The notes beneath the pieces were generated by a model that was given only the letters and a program-made list of their open reading frames with translations, was not told where the DNA came from and did not search any database. DNA of 64,000 nucleotides from the human T2T-CHM13v2.0 reference genome, Homo sapiens. Shown piece by piece: positions 33,371 to 47,432 of this stretch; within the stretch, counting starts at the first letter, position 1; the number at the start of each line of letters is the position of its first letter. The translations under genes and the position numbers were made by a program. Location of the stretch: assembly GCA_009914755.4 (NCBI GenBank), contig CP068257.2, positions 21,440,001 to 21,504,000 of the forward strand, in the 5' to 3' direction.

Positions 33371-34939
33371 AGCAATAGGAAACAAATGCATCCGCCCACT
33401 ACATTTTAGGGTTTCAGTGAATGGCAAATGATTGAAGTGAAAATGCAGCCTAGAGCTAAGAGGGCCACTGCCTGGCATGACTGGCTCTATGTTGTTTTTT
33501 TCCAGGATTTCTAAATGTCATTGTCCTTGAGTCAGTGTCCCAAGAATCAAAAACTCTGATTTAGTATGAATTTTAGCAAACTTTCACCCACACTCAAGTA
33601 TAAATTTAAGAAATGTATCCTGAATATTCAGAGACTTCCAATTTTGCCAAAAACTTGTTTTAGAAGACACGAGCATTTAGCTAGAGTCACAGCAGCCTTG
33701 TTGGTTTCGAGTCCAAATGGCCTCGAAGGTTATTGTCTTTACGTTGTTCATTTGGCAATTTAGCTTCTGGATATCAGGTGCCTGCCATTGCTGCAACATT
33801 TTCTAAAATAATCAGAGACATTTGCCCTGACTAAAATAGAAATTTCTCTTTTCCCTGGGAGGAATATGCATGAAAACAAAACCAAACCAACCACGTCAAC
33901 AAACCTTTCGTCTCTCACTTATGGCAGGCTACCACTTTTCTTTTATGTAAAACCTCCTTCCTCAGATCTGCTCGCTGAGATGCTAGCACCTTGACAATCC
34001 TGCCCAAGACTTAATTGTGTCTGGGACTAAATGGAATCCCTCTCCTGACATTTTATGTTTTTCAGGGCACTTGTTTCTGCTATGTTTTGTTTGAGGCTGT
34101 TCAAGTCTGATAAAGATATTTAAAATTATCATTCTTGCCTATCCTTTCACATTATTCTTAGTCCCAATAGGGATTATAATATCATGCCACAGCATAACTG
34201 GCTACATTCATAAGCTTCTACCTTCCTTTTTACTGGAAATCCACCCAGTGTTTGAAAATCATTATGAAGTTACCTTTCCAAAGCGGGCTGTTCACCATCC
34301 ATTGGAATTCAGCAAGCAAGCAGTGCTTTGGAATTCCACACTCATCTCAGCAAACCATTTCCAACAGCTTCATAACCATCTGTCAAAATGAGCTCACTAC
34401 AATTCCAGGAGTTTTAAGTGGTCTATTATGCAGGCACTCCTTGGCCTGAAATCTCAGCAAGCCCAGATGCAGTTCCTACATTAAATGGGTACAAATCAGA
34501 GTTTACAAAATGTGGAATGTGAAATGGATTGCTTATACTCTTTAATTTTTTAAAATTTCTGTTCCTCAATTTAATCTTGGATCTAAAGTAAACATTTTTC
34601 CAAGCTGATGGTAAATTCAAAGAGTCTTTCTAGAGGCTGTCTGTGCCTGGGTTGAGTCTAGGTTAATAAACTAAAATGGAATGTGAATTCTTCTCCCAAA
34701 AGAGTTCTTCATATCTCTAAAGGTTGGGTTTTCATATCAAAATAAAATGGTTTAACAAAATCTTAATATATGAAATCTGTAATATTTCTCAACATCTGTC
34801 ATTAAAACTTTCATCCTTAACTTGGTTTTTTCTGATAAGGAAAGGGCTTGTACACAAACATAGCATTACATTCCTTGAACACTTTGACACTTAAGATTTT
34901 ACTTAAAGTTATCTGTTTTGGATGACAAAGTTAGTTTTT

Positions 34940-35246
34940 TTGTTGTTTGTTTGTTTGTTTTTTAAGACAGAATCTTGCTCTATTGCTCAGGCTGGAGTGT
35001 AGTGGCATGAGCGCAGTTCACTGCAACCTCTGCCTCCTGGGTTCAAGCAATTCTTCTGCCTCAGCCTCCCAGTAGCTGGGATTTACAGGCATGCACCACC
35101 ACGCCTGGCTAATTTTTGTATTTTTTTTGTAGAGATGGGGTTTCACCATGTTGTCCAGGCTGGTCTTGAACTCCTGACCTTGTGATCCACCCGCCTTGGC
35201 CTCCCAAAGTGCTGGGATTACAGGCATGAGCCACCATGCCCAGCCG
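34940..35246 (-). mobile_element. Alu, full length
   Basis: A (TTTG)n run is followed by agacagaatcttgctctattgctcaggctggagtgtagtggc and the copy ends ctgggattacaggcatgagccaccatgcccagcc. Confidence 0.95.
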
Positions 35247-35337
35247 TCAAAGTTAGTTTTATACATTAATAAGCTTAAGACTTGTTACTATTTCATTTAT
35301 ATACCACATCAACAAAATTTTCTCCTTTTACTGTTTA

Positions 35338-35770
35338 TGTCTTAGTCCATTTTTGTTGTTTGTAACAGAATACCTGAAACTGGGTAATTTATAGAGAAAA
35401 CAAATTTATTTCTTTCAGTTATGAAGGCTGAGAAGTCCAAAGTTAAGGGGCCGCATGGGGTGAGAAGCTCCTTGGTGGTGGGGGCTTGGTAGAGTCCCAA
35501 GTCAGTGCAGGTCACCACGTGATGAGGCAGCTGAGCAAGCTGGCTCAGGTTTATCTACCTCTTTCTATGAAACCACCAGTCCCACTCTTGTGATATCCCA
35601 TTAATTCAGGATTCCATTACTCTATTAACTCAGAAATTTATTAATCTGTTCATGAGGGCAGAGCCCTCATGACTCAATCAGCTCTTAAAAGCCCCACCTC
35701 TCATTAATGCTATATTGAGATCAAATTTCAATTTTAGCTTCAGAAGAGACAAACATCCAAACCACAGCAC
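35338..35770 (-). mobile_element. ERVL-MaLR LTR (MST/MLT1-like)
   Basis: The copy starts cttagtccatttttgttgtttgtaacagaatacctgaaactgggtaatttatagagaaaacaaatttatttc, the reverse complement of the MaLR 3' terminus. It also contains ...ccattaattcaggattccattactctattaactca... and is highly similar to the copy at 42694-43110. Confidence 0.6.
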
Positions 35771-37056
35771 CTTACAAGGATCAAATAAACTGAAACTTAA
35801 CCACTATGGCATGTAATACATACCTTGTTTCCTCTTTATCTTCTTCCCTACTAGGAAATGTCTCCCAGCCTTCACCTTTTTGCTTCCACTTGTGATGTGT
35901 ATGCATGCCTTTCAGGCTGATGAACTAAATCAAAAATGACGTTGACTTTAAAGTGTATGTAAAAGCCTGTCATTCTCACTCTGCCTTTTCTCTCTCTTCC
36001 TTCTCAGTGATTCTACTTCCCAAAATAAAATTTTGCCTCAGGCTCTGTTTTGTAGGAACCAATGCCAAGATGTAGGGTTGTGAAGTTAATTTCCCGATGT
36101 GTTACATTTTACAAAAAAGGAAAAAATTACCATCGCACGGCATGTAATAATATCCAAATTTAACTACCTTATTGGTCCTTACTTTGAGAATTATAAGACC
36201 TTAATGTGTTCCACCCCACTTCCCCACCTAAAAAGAAGTCTCCCTGCTATCATTGAGTGTCACTGGTAGGGGGATGTGTGAGGATGTGTTTGTCCTGCTT
36301 TTCCTCCAGTGTTGCAGGTACTGGGCTTTTCTGTTACCGTTATTTTCCTGGGCCATTGATTGATACTATTAACATGTCAGATGCAGCTCCTCTGATCCAT
36401 GCTTATGTGAAAAAACACCCTTCAAAGGGTTCTCTCTAGTTTCTCCCTCTACCACTATTTATAATTGTTGTGTATGAGGTATCCTACATATTATTTTTGG
36501 ACAGAACCGCTAAATAATATGTCTTTAACAAGATTAAAGTGCATTTCTGTCTTATGTTTACAAATGAAATCTAGTCCAGATTGGAAGGACAGCTTCAAGA
36601 CAGCTTGAAAACAGCTTCAAATCACCTGAAGCCTGGACCCTTCTATTTCCAGGCTCTTCTACCCTCATGCTCACCATTAATGGTTTCATCTCAGAGCCAA
36701 AGTTGGCTGCGTGAGTTTCACCCATCAGAAACCATTCCAAACAGCAGAAAAGGGAAAGGCCTGAGAAAAGGTACCATAATTTTAATTTTTCTGTAGTAAA
36801 TATTAACTTGTCTTCGACTCTATGTGACTCTGGTGGATCCTGTATTTTCTGGAAGGCCTATTGTCTACATTTGGGGTTCTGGTCTGAGAGGAGAAGAATG
36901 ATGGCATGACACCCACATCAGAATCTAAGTTTCCTGTTTCCTCTCTCATTCGCTCTTTGGTTAGAATTTTCTTTCCCATATCTTGTCTGGTATAGGAAAA
37001 GGGCAGCAGAAGAATGGTGGCAGCTAAGATGGGTGTAGAAAAAAGAAAAAAAAAGC

Positions 37057-37065
<9 letters not shown>

Positions 37066-37088
<23 letters not shown>

Positions 37089-37250
37089 ATATACATATAT
37101 ATATATGTTATATACATATATATATGTTATATACATATATATATCTTATATGTAGATATATATAAGATATATATGTGTATATGTTATATATAAGATATAT
37201 ATAATATGTATATATCATATATATACACACACACACATATATATACATCT
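37066..37250. repeat. Long (TA)n-based compound microsatellite
   Basis: The run tatatatatatatatatatatatatgttatatacatatatatatatgttatatac... is visible directly. It generates the ORF 36803-37117. Confidence 0.9.
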
Positions 37251-37466
37251 AATTCAGCAATTATTCCTTAGGACAATTATTTGATCATACTCTGGAACCA
37301 CAGCTTTGGGGAAAAGCTAAGATACTGATAAAATTATTTTATGACTCTAGCTTGTGCCATTGACATGCTTAGATTTAGTATGTGCAGAATGTTCAGACAA
37401 AGATGTTTTAGATATGTTAAGATGAGGCAACTAGGCATGTCAATGTTAAGTGAAACAGATGGACTT

Positions 37467-37500
37467 ATTTGCTACCACATGTGTGTGTGTGTATGTGTGT
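37467..37500. repeat. (TG)n microsatellite
   Basis: The run catgtgtgtgtgtgtatgtgtgtgtatac is visible directly. Confidence 0.7.
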
Positions 37501-38536
37501 GTATACATACATAATTTGTAACTTTATTGAGGTGGTGCTGAGTAAATATAATCAAGTTTAGGCAAAATTTATAAGCTTTCTAAGACCTCCAGATAAAGAC
37601 TTATCAACCCCAAGGTAATCACATATGTAATTTACTGTTACTTAACAAGGAGTGCATTTATTTTTTAATGTTCACGTACGTGTCTGAGCATCACTTTCTA
37701 GAAATTCTGTTTAGTAGCACAGTGTGTAATTTTAAATATAAGCTTGTTATTATTTTTAGTTGGGAGAGATTAGGAGACAAATTTCCTCTAAGATTCCTTT
37801 AAAACAGCCAAGAAGTTAACTCTTACAACTCTCACAAATTTCAAAATACTATCATCGTAAAACATTAATTTTGCAATCTAGAAACATGGTCTTACCATTC
37901 AAAGAAATCTGAAAGATGAATTATCTCATTCAAATACTATGTACTAGGAGAAATGAAAATGATGAGAAACACATCATCAATTCTCTCAAACACTGTTGAA
38001 CAGATATGTGCCTAGTCTTGTGTTATTTTGGAACTACAAAGCTGAAGAGTATGTGATGCTTTCCCTTAATAAGTTCATACAATTTTAAGAGAAAAATTTA
38101 GAAGTATGTCATATCCTTGAAATGAACACAGTATTCTTTTTATCTCATAATACTGTTTGAAGAAAATATTTTTCTCAGTTAGCAATTAGTCTTATTGAAG
38201 ACAAGTTAACTTTAACTGTTAGCATATACTCTTTTTAGTTGGTAAATATTTTATTCATAAATTCCTACTAATATCACTCCCTACACTTTTTTCATTCTGA
38301 TTAAATTAAATCAAATATGTTTACTTTATAAAATAACTATATTGAAAACATTTGTTTATACCATATTGGAGATTTGTGCTATTTGACAGAGGAGAAGAGT
38401 TTCAAGGGAAGTTTCAAAAGTTATCTTCTTTTATGGTTGCTTGTTAATGAGTAACATAATTTCCTAGTCTACGGCTTTGATTTTAATACACACGTAACTT
38501 GCCTGTCATAATAGGGCACAATGTGTGCTTCTCAGG

Positions 38537-38897
38537 GATATGGTTTGGCTCTGTGTCCTCACCCAAATCTCACATTGAGTTGTAATAATCCCTATGTTGT
38601 TAAGGGCGGGACCAGGTAGAGATCACTGAATCACTGGGGCAGTTTCCCCCATACTGTTCTAGTGATTGTAAGTGAGTTCTCAGGAAGTCTGATGGTCTTA
38701 TAAGGGGCTTCCTCCTTTGCTCAGTCTTCATTCTCTCTCCTGCCACCCTGTGATGAGGTGCCTTCTGCCATGATTGTAAGTTTCCTGAGACCTCCCCAGC
38801 AACGCGGAACTGTGAGTCAATCGAACTTCTTTTCCTTACAAATTCCCCAGTCTCAGGTATGTCTTTATTAGCAGCATGAGAACAGACTAATACACTC
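38537..38897 (+). mobile_element. THE1/MST-family ERVL-MaLR solo LTR
   Basis: The copy runs from gggatatggtttggctctgtgtcctcacccaaatctcacattgagttgtaataatccc to ccatgattgtaagtttcctgagacctccccagcaacgcggaactgtgagtcaatcgaac and then ccccagtctcaggtatgtctttattagcagcatgagaacagactaataca. It is collinear with the THE1 consensus. Confidence 0.8.
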
Positions 38898-40968
38898 AGT
38901 ATTAGTGGAAAAGGAACAAAATAACTTAAAATCTGTTTTAAAAATGAATTAATTCAAATGTGACTTTTGTTATGTATAATTTTGTGTAGAATATAGGTAG
39001 AAGTTTGCATATACCACTAAATATGATTTAAGATAAATAAATGTTAAAAAACACAATGAGCCAATTTTATTCAACTTAAAAAAAACTGTGTATACATATT
39101 CCACAAACCTGTGCAGAGTCTGTAAAAAAACATAAAATTCTAATTACAGGCAGAAGTTAATTCTAACTGAATGGGGAGATAGAGAATGTCCCTTAAGGGA
39201 AGTATAAATACTTCAAATATGTTGATTCTCACAAATTGATATATAAGTACAATAAACTCACTATCAAAATACAAAATTGTTTTGGCCTGAATTGACAAAA
39301 TTATATAAATTTCATTCAAATAATTAGCCTCTGACATATAGTAAGTTAATATGGGGAATGGTCTTGCATTTCCAGATATTAAAATTCTTTATAAAGCTAG
39401 ACTAATTTAAAAAGTTTGGACTCATGCCATGATAGACAAATAGAAATGCACATAAAAATTCAGAATATTCATCTCTAATTCATCATGTTATCCTTGGGAC
39501 ATCTATTATTCATGAGATTCCACCAAAACAACTCCTGTACTTTTCTCGAAATTGAAAGAAAGTATATTATTTATGTATAGTTCAAAAAGGGGCTGTGAAG
39601 AAAAAGTTTGTGTGTAACATAATGTTTTTCCTGTTTTAATAAAAATGGCTTTTAAAAGTGTAGTGAGATATTGATCATTTAATAAATGGTGTTGGGATAA
39701 TTGTGTTGTACTCGAAAATATATTTCAGATGGAATTTATAATTAGATAAAATTTTATAGTATAATAATAATATATCATTAAGCAAAATTAATTAAAAAAG
39801 GATTCTAGGGCAAAGAGCAATGGAAAGTGATTATAAACTCAACATGAGTTTTTAACAAAAAGTAGATGTACATGTCTTCCTTGATATAGGAAAGTCCTGA
39901 TTCTGTAACCATGTTATCTCCTTAGTGGCATCTTTTGAACATTACAAATACACTGGTGTATTGTCCAGCCTACTTCAGTCAGTCAAGGCTTCAATTTGTA
40001 CATGCATAAAGGTATTATGAAATAGGAAAGCAAAAATATTTGCCCAGATATAACAAGAAGATATATGGGGACACAGTGCCCACAGTTCTCGCTCACTGAC
40101 AATCGCCATAGCTGTTTTGATTCTAGATGCTGATGTAAATTTACATCTGTCATCTGGCCTAATTAAGGTCTGATTGGAGGACTCACACAGGATGTGCCTA
40201 TTGTGAAGTCCAAAGGGAATCCACAAACCCTACTTTGGCTCAAATTTTTTTTCTAGATAGACCTGCCTTATTAATAGAAGATGGACTAACTACCATTACT
40301 TTTGCAAACTCAATCAGAAAATTTGAAATATTTTCCTTAAGAAGAAAATGTTACTAAGATAAGAAAAGAGGATATTTTAGGAAAATATTCAGCTTGGGAA
40401 GAATTAAGTGGTTTTAATACCTTTAACATGAATACAAAACTATTTCTATTAAATAAAAATGAAAAAAAGATCATAAGACACTCAACAGAAATTATAAGAT
40501 TAGAAATAAATGAGGAACAATACATTATAATGTTAATAATGCTATGGAAAAATGAATGCTATGGAAAAATGAATCCATTGTCTATACAGACATTCAGAAT
40601 GCAGATGTAAACTATAAAATTTAAAATAAAAAGAGGGAAGATGACAGATACAGAGAACAGCTAATAAACAGCTGAGTGTACTTTCTGAAAAAGATTCCAG
40701 AATAGAGTGACCAAAAGCACAAACTAAACACACAAAAGCAATTTTATAAGCTGTGGATGAGGCATCAGAAGATCTAAATCTGTGTATCAAAAAGAGTTAC
40801 TGCAAACCACATTAAATGAATAGAAAACAGTGAAAGCTAGATATGTGCGGATAAAATGCTAGCTGTTTCTGTTTTTGGAAAGGTCTTTCTTATTGCATCT
40901 TTTAAAAGCTTTATTGAAGTACAATTGTTATATAAAAATAGTACACCTTTAATGTACATTTTCTTCCC

Positions 40969-41263
<295 letters not shown>

Positions 41264-41284
41264 TAATGTACACATTTTGATAAT

Positions 41285-41610
41285 TTTGTTTGTTTGTTTT
41301 TTGTTTGAGACAGGATCTTGCTCTGTCCCCCAGGCTAGAGTACAGTGGCATGATCATGACTTATTGCACCGTTGACCTTCCTGGCTCAAGCGATCCTCCC
41401 GCTTCAGCCTCCTGCGTAGCTTGGAGTAGCTGGGCCATAGGTAAGCACCACCAAGCTTGGCTAATTTTATTTTATTTTTGTGTTTTGTAGAGATGGGGTC
41501 ACTCTATGTTTCTCAGGCTGATCTTATACTCCTGGGCTTAAGCCAGCCTTTAGTCTCAGCCTCCAACAATTGCAGCAAGATTATAGGCATGAACCCCCAC
41601 ATCCTGCTGA
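41285..41610 (-). mobile_element. Older Alu (AluJ-like), diverged
   Basis: The copy runs from tgtttgagacaggatcttgctctgtcccccaggctagagtacagtggcatgatcatg to gattataggcatgaacccccacatcctg. Confidence 0.8.
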
Positions 41611-42693
41611 TGAGTTTAGATATATGCATACATCCTTAATACCTTAAACCAAGGTACTAAATAGATTCACTACACAATTCTCTTGTCTTTATTTATTGAG
41701 TTTGTTTTTCTTTTTTTTGTTTTCAGTCTTTTTTCCCCCCTTTGGTAAGAATACTTAACATAAGAGTTATCCTCTGAATATATTTTGAAGTGTACAATAC
41801 TGTATCGTTAACTATAGGTACTTTGTTATACACAGTTCTCCAGAACTTATTCATCTTTCATCACAGAAATTTTAAACCCATTGAGAAACAATTATCCATT
41901 TCTTCCAACCTCCAGCCCCTAGCAACTACCTCTTTATTATCTGCTTCTATGTGTTTGATTATTTCAGATACCTCATATTAGTGGAATCATGCAGTATTTT
42001 ATCCTTTTGTGACTGGCTTATTTTACTTGGCTTAGTGTCTTACCTATGTTGCTGCAAATGGCAGAATCTCATTTCTCAAGGCTGAATAATAGTCTGTTGG
42101 GTGTATATACCATGTTTCCTTTACCTGTTAATTCATCAATAGACCCTTGGATTGTTTCCGTATCTTGGCATTTGTGAATAACACTGCAGTGAACATGGGT
42201 GCACAGATATCCCTTTGAGATCCTGGTTTAAATTCTTTTGCATGTATATCTAAAAGTGGGTTCACTGGATCATATTGTAGTTCTATTTTAAACTTTCCGA
42301 GGAACCTCCATGGTTTATCCATAGTGACTGGGAGAGGTAATATTTCACATTTCCATCAATAATGCATAAGAGTTCCAATTCCTACACATCTTCAGCAACA
42401 CATGTTATTTTTTTTAATAATACTTATCTTACCAGGTGTGAAGTGATCTCTTATTGTGGTTTTCATTTGCATTTCCCTGATGATTAATGATGTTGAGCAC
42501 CTTTATGTACTTGGTGCTCATCTGTATATATTCTTTAAATAAAGGTATATTCAACTCTTGTTCATTTTTAAGCAGGTTTTTGTTTTTTTTGCTATTGAAT
42601 CATAAGGGATTCTCGTACATTTTGAATATTAATTCCTTATCAGATAGATTTTTTCTAATATTTTCTCTCATTCTGTAGGATACCTTTTCACTC

Positions 42694-43110
42694 CATTTTC
42701 TGTTGCCTATAACAGATACCTGAATCTGGGTAATTTATTGTTTTTAAAGAATTCATTTCTTGCAGTTATATAAGCTGAGTAGTCCAAGGTTGAAGGGCCA
42801 TATCTGGTGAGAGCTGGTGGGGACTCTAAAGAGTCCCAAGGCAGTGCAGAGTATCACATGAGGAAGGGAATTGAGCTTGCTAATGTCCTAGCTCAGGTCT
42901 CTCTTCCTCTCCCCATAAGGCCACCAGTTCCACTCCCATGATAACCCATTAATTCATTAACCTATTAATCCATGAATGAATTAGTCCATTAGGAGGGCAG
43001 AGCTCTTATGAGCCAATCACCTCTTAAATGCTCCACCTCTCAGTATTGCCTCATTGGAGATTACATTTCAACATGAGTTACAGAAGGGACAAATGTTCAA
43101 ACTGTAGCAC
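42694..43110 (-). mobile_element. ERVL-MaLR LTR (same subfamily as 35338-35770)
   Basis: The copy starts ctccattttctgttgcctataacagatacctgaatctgggtaatttattg, contains ...cccattaattcattaacctattaatccatgaatgaattagtccattaggagggcagagctcttatgagccaatcacctcttaaatgctccacctctcag..., and is collinear with 35338-35770. Confidence 0.6.
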
Positions 43111-43944
43111 ATCTCTTTGTTAAGTTTATTCCTAAATATTTTATTATTTTTGATGCTATTGTAAGTGGGATTATTTTCTTAATTTTGTTTTCAGATAGCA
43201 TATTGTTAGCACATAGGTGTGTACCTGATTTGTGTATATTAATTTTGCATGTTGTAATTTTGCTAAATTTGTTTATTAGTTATAACAATGACTTTCCTTG
43301 GTACTTAGTTTAATGTGTGACATCCTTACTAATCCCTGGTCTCTGACCACTCTTCAACTTCTTTGTTGTGACCCACCATAATGTCCTGTTTTCATTGTAT
43401 TTGAGGTGTGATACTCTTTTTCACTCTGGGGCTTTGCATATCCTGAGCCTTCTATCTAGAAGTTTTCACTACCCTGTTCTTCATACATACCAGATCAATT
43501 TTCCCTGAAGTCCTTCCCTAACAAGAAATATTGGAGTAAGTCACCTATACACATTCCCCATAACGTTTGCAAATACTTTCAAATACTTTACTTCCTTTAG
43601 ATATTATATATCTATTGAGTTACCACCTAGTTCACAACAGACAACATAATTAATATTGAAAGAATGATGTATATTTGTTTGTATATCTATGTCTGGATGT
43701 ATGTGTTTATGTGTGTGTGTATGAGAGAAAGAAAACAGAGACAAAGAGACTATATGTACTATTTTATCCAAGATTATTGGCGGGTGGTGTTATTGTTATT
43801 TTTTTCTTGTTTTTAAACTTTTCTGTGTGTTTCTAATTCTCCTTGATGCACACGTGTAACATTTTATTGAAAATAAGTTACTAAACACTTTGGAAAGAAC
43901 AACCTAAAACAGTTCACCTTCTCTATTTCTTAAGATCAGGTGTT

Positions 43945-44515
43945 CATTTCCTATTGCTGCTATGGCAAATTACCACAAATTTAGTGGCCTAGAATAACAA
44001 ATTTATTATTTACTTCTGAAGATCAGAATACCGAAATGTGTCTCAGGAGCTAACACCAAGGTGTCAGCCGCTTGCTTTCCTTTTTGTAGACTTGTCCTTG
44101 TCCATTTGAAGAATGTTGTTCTTGACATTGTAGAAGTAACATGCTGAATTTTTTGATGGCTACAAACAGAACCGTTTCTAGCATCTAGAGATCGCCACAT
44201 TCCTCGGTTCATGGTTACTTTCCTTCAATTTCACAGCTAGCAATGGCAGGTGGCGTCCTTGTGATGGCGCACCTCTCTAACACTTCTTTCATCTCCATAT
44301 CTCTCATTAACCACAACAAGGAATGATCCTGTTTTTCAGCATTCATGTGATTAGATTGTGCCCACCGGGATAACCGAGGATCTCTTCATCTCAAGATTCT
44401 TAACCTTATTTAGATATGGGAACTCCCTTTTTTGCCATGTAAGGTAACATATTTATAGATTCTGGCAATTAAGTCTTGAACATCCTGGGGGTACCATTAG
44501 TCTGTCTACCATAGA
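43945..44515 (-). mobile_element. MLT1-type ERVL-MaLR LTR
   Basis: The copy starts tttcctattgctgctatggcaaattaccacaaatttagtggcctagaataacaaatttattatttacttctgaagatcagaa. Further in it reads ...gcccaccgggataaccgaggatctcttcatctcaagattcttaaccttatt...tttgccatgtaaggtaacatatttatagattctggcaattaagtc..., the MLT1 architecture. Confidence 0.6.
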
Positions 44516-44717
44516 TCAGAAATCAGTTTTTCAAATCATTTTACTTACCTTGAAATTCTTAGTAATTGGGGTTCAAATATGGATTTGCAAAGTCTGCAAT
44601 TGGATTTTAATTTTAAAATGTTTAACAGGTGAATATATATATATATAAGGTGATAGAATTGAAAAAAAATCACACTAATTCAAATGTTTCCCTCCCTCCC
44701 TACCTCCCTCCCTCCTT

Positions 44718-44974
44718 CCAGGCTGGCATGAAGTGGCTCAATCTCAGCTCACTGCAACCTCCACCTCAAGGATTGAAGCGATTCTCATGCCTCAGACTCC
44801 CCAGTAGCTGGGGTTACAGGTATGCACTGCCACGCGCAGGTAAATTTTAGGATTTTTAGTACAGACAGGGTTTTGCCACGATGCCCGGCTGGTCTCAAAC
44901 TCCTGAGCTCAGGCAATCTGCCTGCCTTGGCCTCCCAAAGTGCTAGGATTACAGGCATGAGCCACCGTGCACAG
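44718..44974 (-). mobile_element. Alu whose poly-A-tail complement is replaced by (TCCC)n
   Basis: A (ccct)n run precedes ccaggctggcatgaagtggctcaatctcagctcactgcaacctccacctc, and the copy ends gctaggattacaggcatgagccaccgtgcacagc. Confidence 0.85.
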
Positions 44975-44985
44975 CTGATTCAATT

Positions 44986-45036
44986 TTGTTTTTGTTTTGT
45001 TTTGTTTTGTTTTGTTTTGTTTTGTTTTTGTTTTTT
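44986..45036. repeat. (GTTTT)n microsatellite between two Alus
   Basis: The run ttttgtttttgttttgttttgttttgttttgttttgtttttgtttttt is visible directly. Confidence 0.9.
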
Positions 45037-45320
45037 GGGGAAGGTGTTTCACTCTCTTTTCTCAGGCTAGAGTGCAATGGCACAATTTTGGCTCACTGCA
45101 ACCTCTACCTCCAGGATTCAAGTGATTCTCCAGCGTCAGCCTCCTGAGTTGCTGGGATTACAGGCGCCTGCCACCGCGCCTGGCTAATTTTAGTATTCTT
45201 AGTAGAGATGGGCTTCACAATGTTAGTCAGGCTGGTCTCAAACTGCTGACCTCAGGTAATCTGCCCGCCTTGACCTCCCAAAGCGTGGGGATTACAGGCA
45301 TGAGCCAGTGCGCTCTGCCC
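45037..45320 (-). mobile_element. Alu, full length
   Basis: The copy runs from ggggaaggtgtttcactctcttttctcaggctagagtgcaatggcacaattttggctcactgc to ggggattacaggcatgagccagtgcgctctgccc. Confidence 0.9.
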
Positions 45321-47432
45321 TAATTTCAAAAGTCATTAAATTGGCTGAAGACAAATTGGGTCTCTCATGTAACAAACAGATCATTTGAAAGTTAATAAAA
45401 GAGGGAGCAATTTATTTTTCATTACTTTTTTGTAAATATATGAAATAATTATTCATTTAATACTTTCATGTTTTGTGATCTTTTCCTATCTCATTTCTTA
45501 TTTAATTCTACAGGGCTGTAATTTCTCCTTTAATTCATCTTTTGTCAGAATAATAATGAGAAATAATTATAAATTATTAAAGGAATCTTGATCCATAGCA
45601 ATTTCAAATCTTCCTCTTTTTTTACTGTTATTTTTATTTCAGAACAAATCATTATGTTTTTTCTAGGTCTAATTATATGTGCATATTTTTCCATAGGATG
45701 TATTAATTTCACTAAATGTTTTATCTTATTGTGTTTGAGATATATTCATTTTTCTCTCTACATTTTCATGACTTACATATGAACTTTTACTTTCTAATTC
45801 AGTACTATGTATAATCATAAAGCCAGGTAACTAAGACATGTTTTCACAAAGAATGAGGGGATATTTGTTAGTTAATGTAGTTTAAAATGGTGCTAAATAA
45901 TACTATGAGTTCAAGATATCTCTAGTGCAGTTAGTCTTTAGAACCATCTACATTTTGTCATAAATGGCATGAAAACAGATTATACGGTGATTTTTATGGT
46001 AGTGAGCTGGAGAACTGATGTATTCTAATATAAATCAATATCTACTTAAAGAGTATTTGATTCCATTGTTGTACAAACAATGATATATAAAATGAAAGAG
46101 AAACAAGACTTCAGAAACCTAGGTTTTAAGATTTCCTAAGTCTATTAGTTGTTAGTCAATTTCCCCATTTATTCTCAGTTTCTTTAGTAGGTAAACGATG
46201 ATATTGATAAGTGATAGTGTATTTTATATTTTATTTATCCCTGCTAGGCTTTCTGTTGTTATTTATTCTGTTTTATCTAGTTTATTCTGGTTATCTAGTA
46301 ACCTTCTCTGCTTGGCTAGTAAATGTCGGACAACCCCTTTCTCTTACATTTATATGCTTGGCCTAGGTAATTTCTTCTACATCTTTAATTGCAATTACTT
46401 TATTGCACTGATTCTCACATTTGTTTCTCTGCTATGTTTGTGCTTATCCCAATCCTTGTGTCCAGTTGCTACCTTGATATTTCTACTATAGTTAGAAGTC
46501 CCAACAGTACCTTACAAGCAACATTTCTGAAATATAACCTATCTTCCTTCTGTTATTCAAAATGTTTACACTTGGTGATACTGCTAGTAGTCAAGGACAC
46601 CACCACTAATTCATACAGCATTCCAGAAACCTAAGTCATTCTTAGAATTCTTTTCCTCATGCCTCTTGTAATCCATAATATCTTTTCAATTTCATTCCTA
46701 AAACTTGTTTGAAAATGTCCACTTTTTTATACTTCCATTTAATCTATGCTAATGTCACCTCTAAGCTGTACTCCTGGCACTTTCTCCAAAATAATCTTCT
46801 CCCATCAACTCTGACTCACTTCTAATCTACTGTCTCCACTGGTGACAGAGTTTTCTTGTTAAAAACTTGATTTTGTGCCACCCTTTTTCAAACCTGGGCC
46901 CATCACCATATTTCCCTAATAAGACCTCCAAGCGTCAGTTGATCAGCCAGACTTCTGCCTTCTAGATGCATCTTTTGCTATTTTCTCCTTAACCTTTTGG
47001 ATTCCAGTCCCAGGGGCCCTTTGATTATTCAGGTCCATTAGCATTTCACACACACTCTAGATAGCAGTACTACCTCTCCTTAAATTAGTTTCTATTCATC
47101 TATCGATTCTTAGGTCAAAAACTACTACCGCAATGAGTGGGAAGTCAGATGATTAATGTCTGCTGTTTACACAGAAACTTGCAGAGATTTACAGCAAGAG
47201 CATAAGTATATCAAGATGACAATAACAACAATGTTTAACATCTAGAAGCCACTTCCAACAAAACCATGTGGAAGGCGGGAGCAAATTGCATAGATGTGGA
47301 CAATGAGATTTGGAGAGTTTACGTAACTTGCTAAAGGTCATGCACCCGGAAAACTTGACAAAAGGACTGTATAGTTAATAACAATGCTGCCTCAGAATCA
47401 GTTTCCTTCCATGTTAATTTATTATTTTTCCT

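Noticed and set aside
32771-37250. Regularly spaced repeats that might mimic a CRISPR-like array
   Set aside because: They are eukaryotic micro- and minisatellites with no unique spacers, and the surrounding context (Alu, L1, MaLR) is human.
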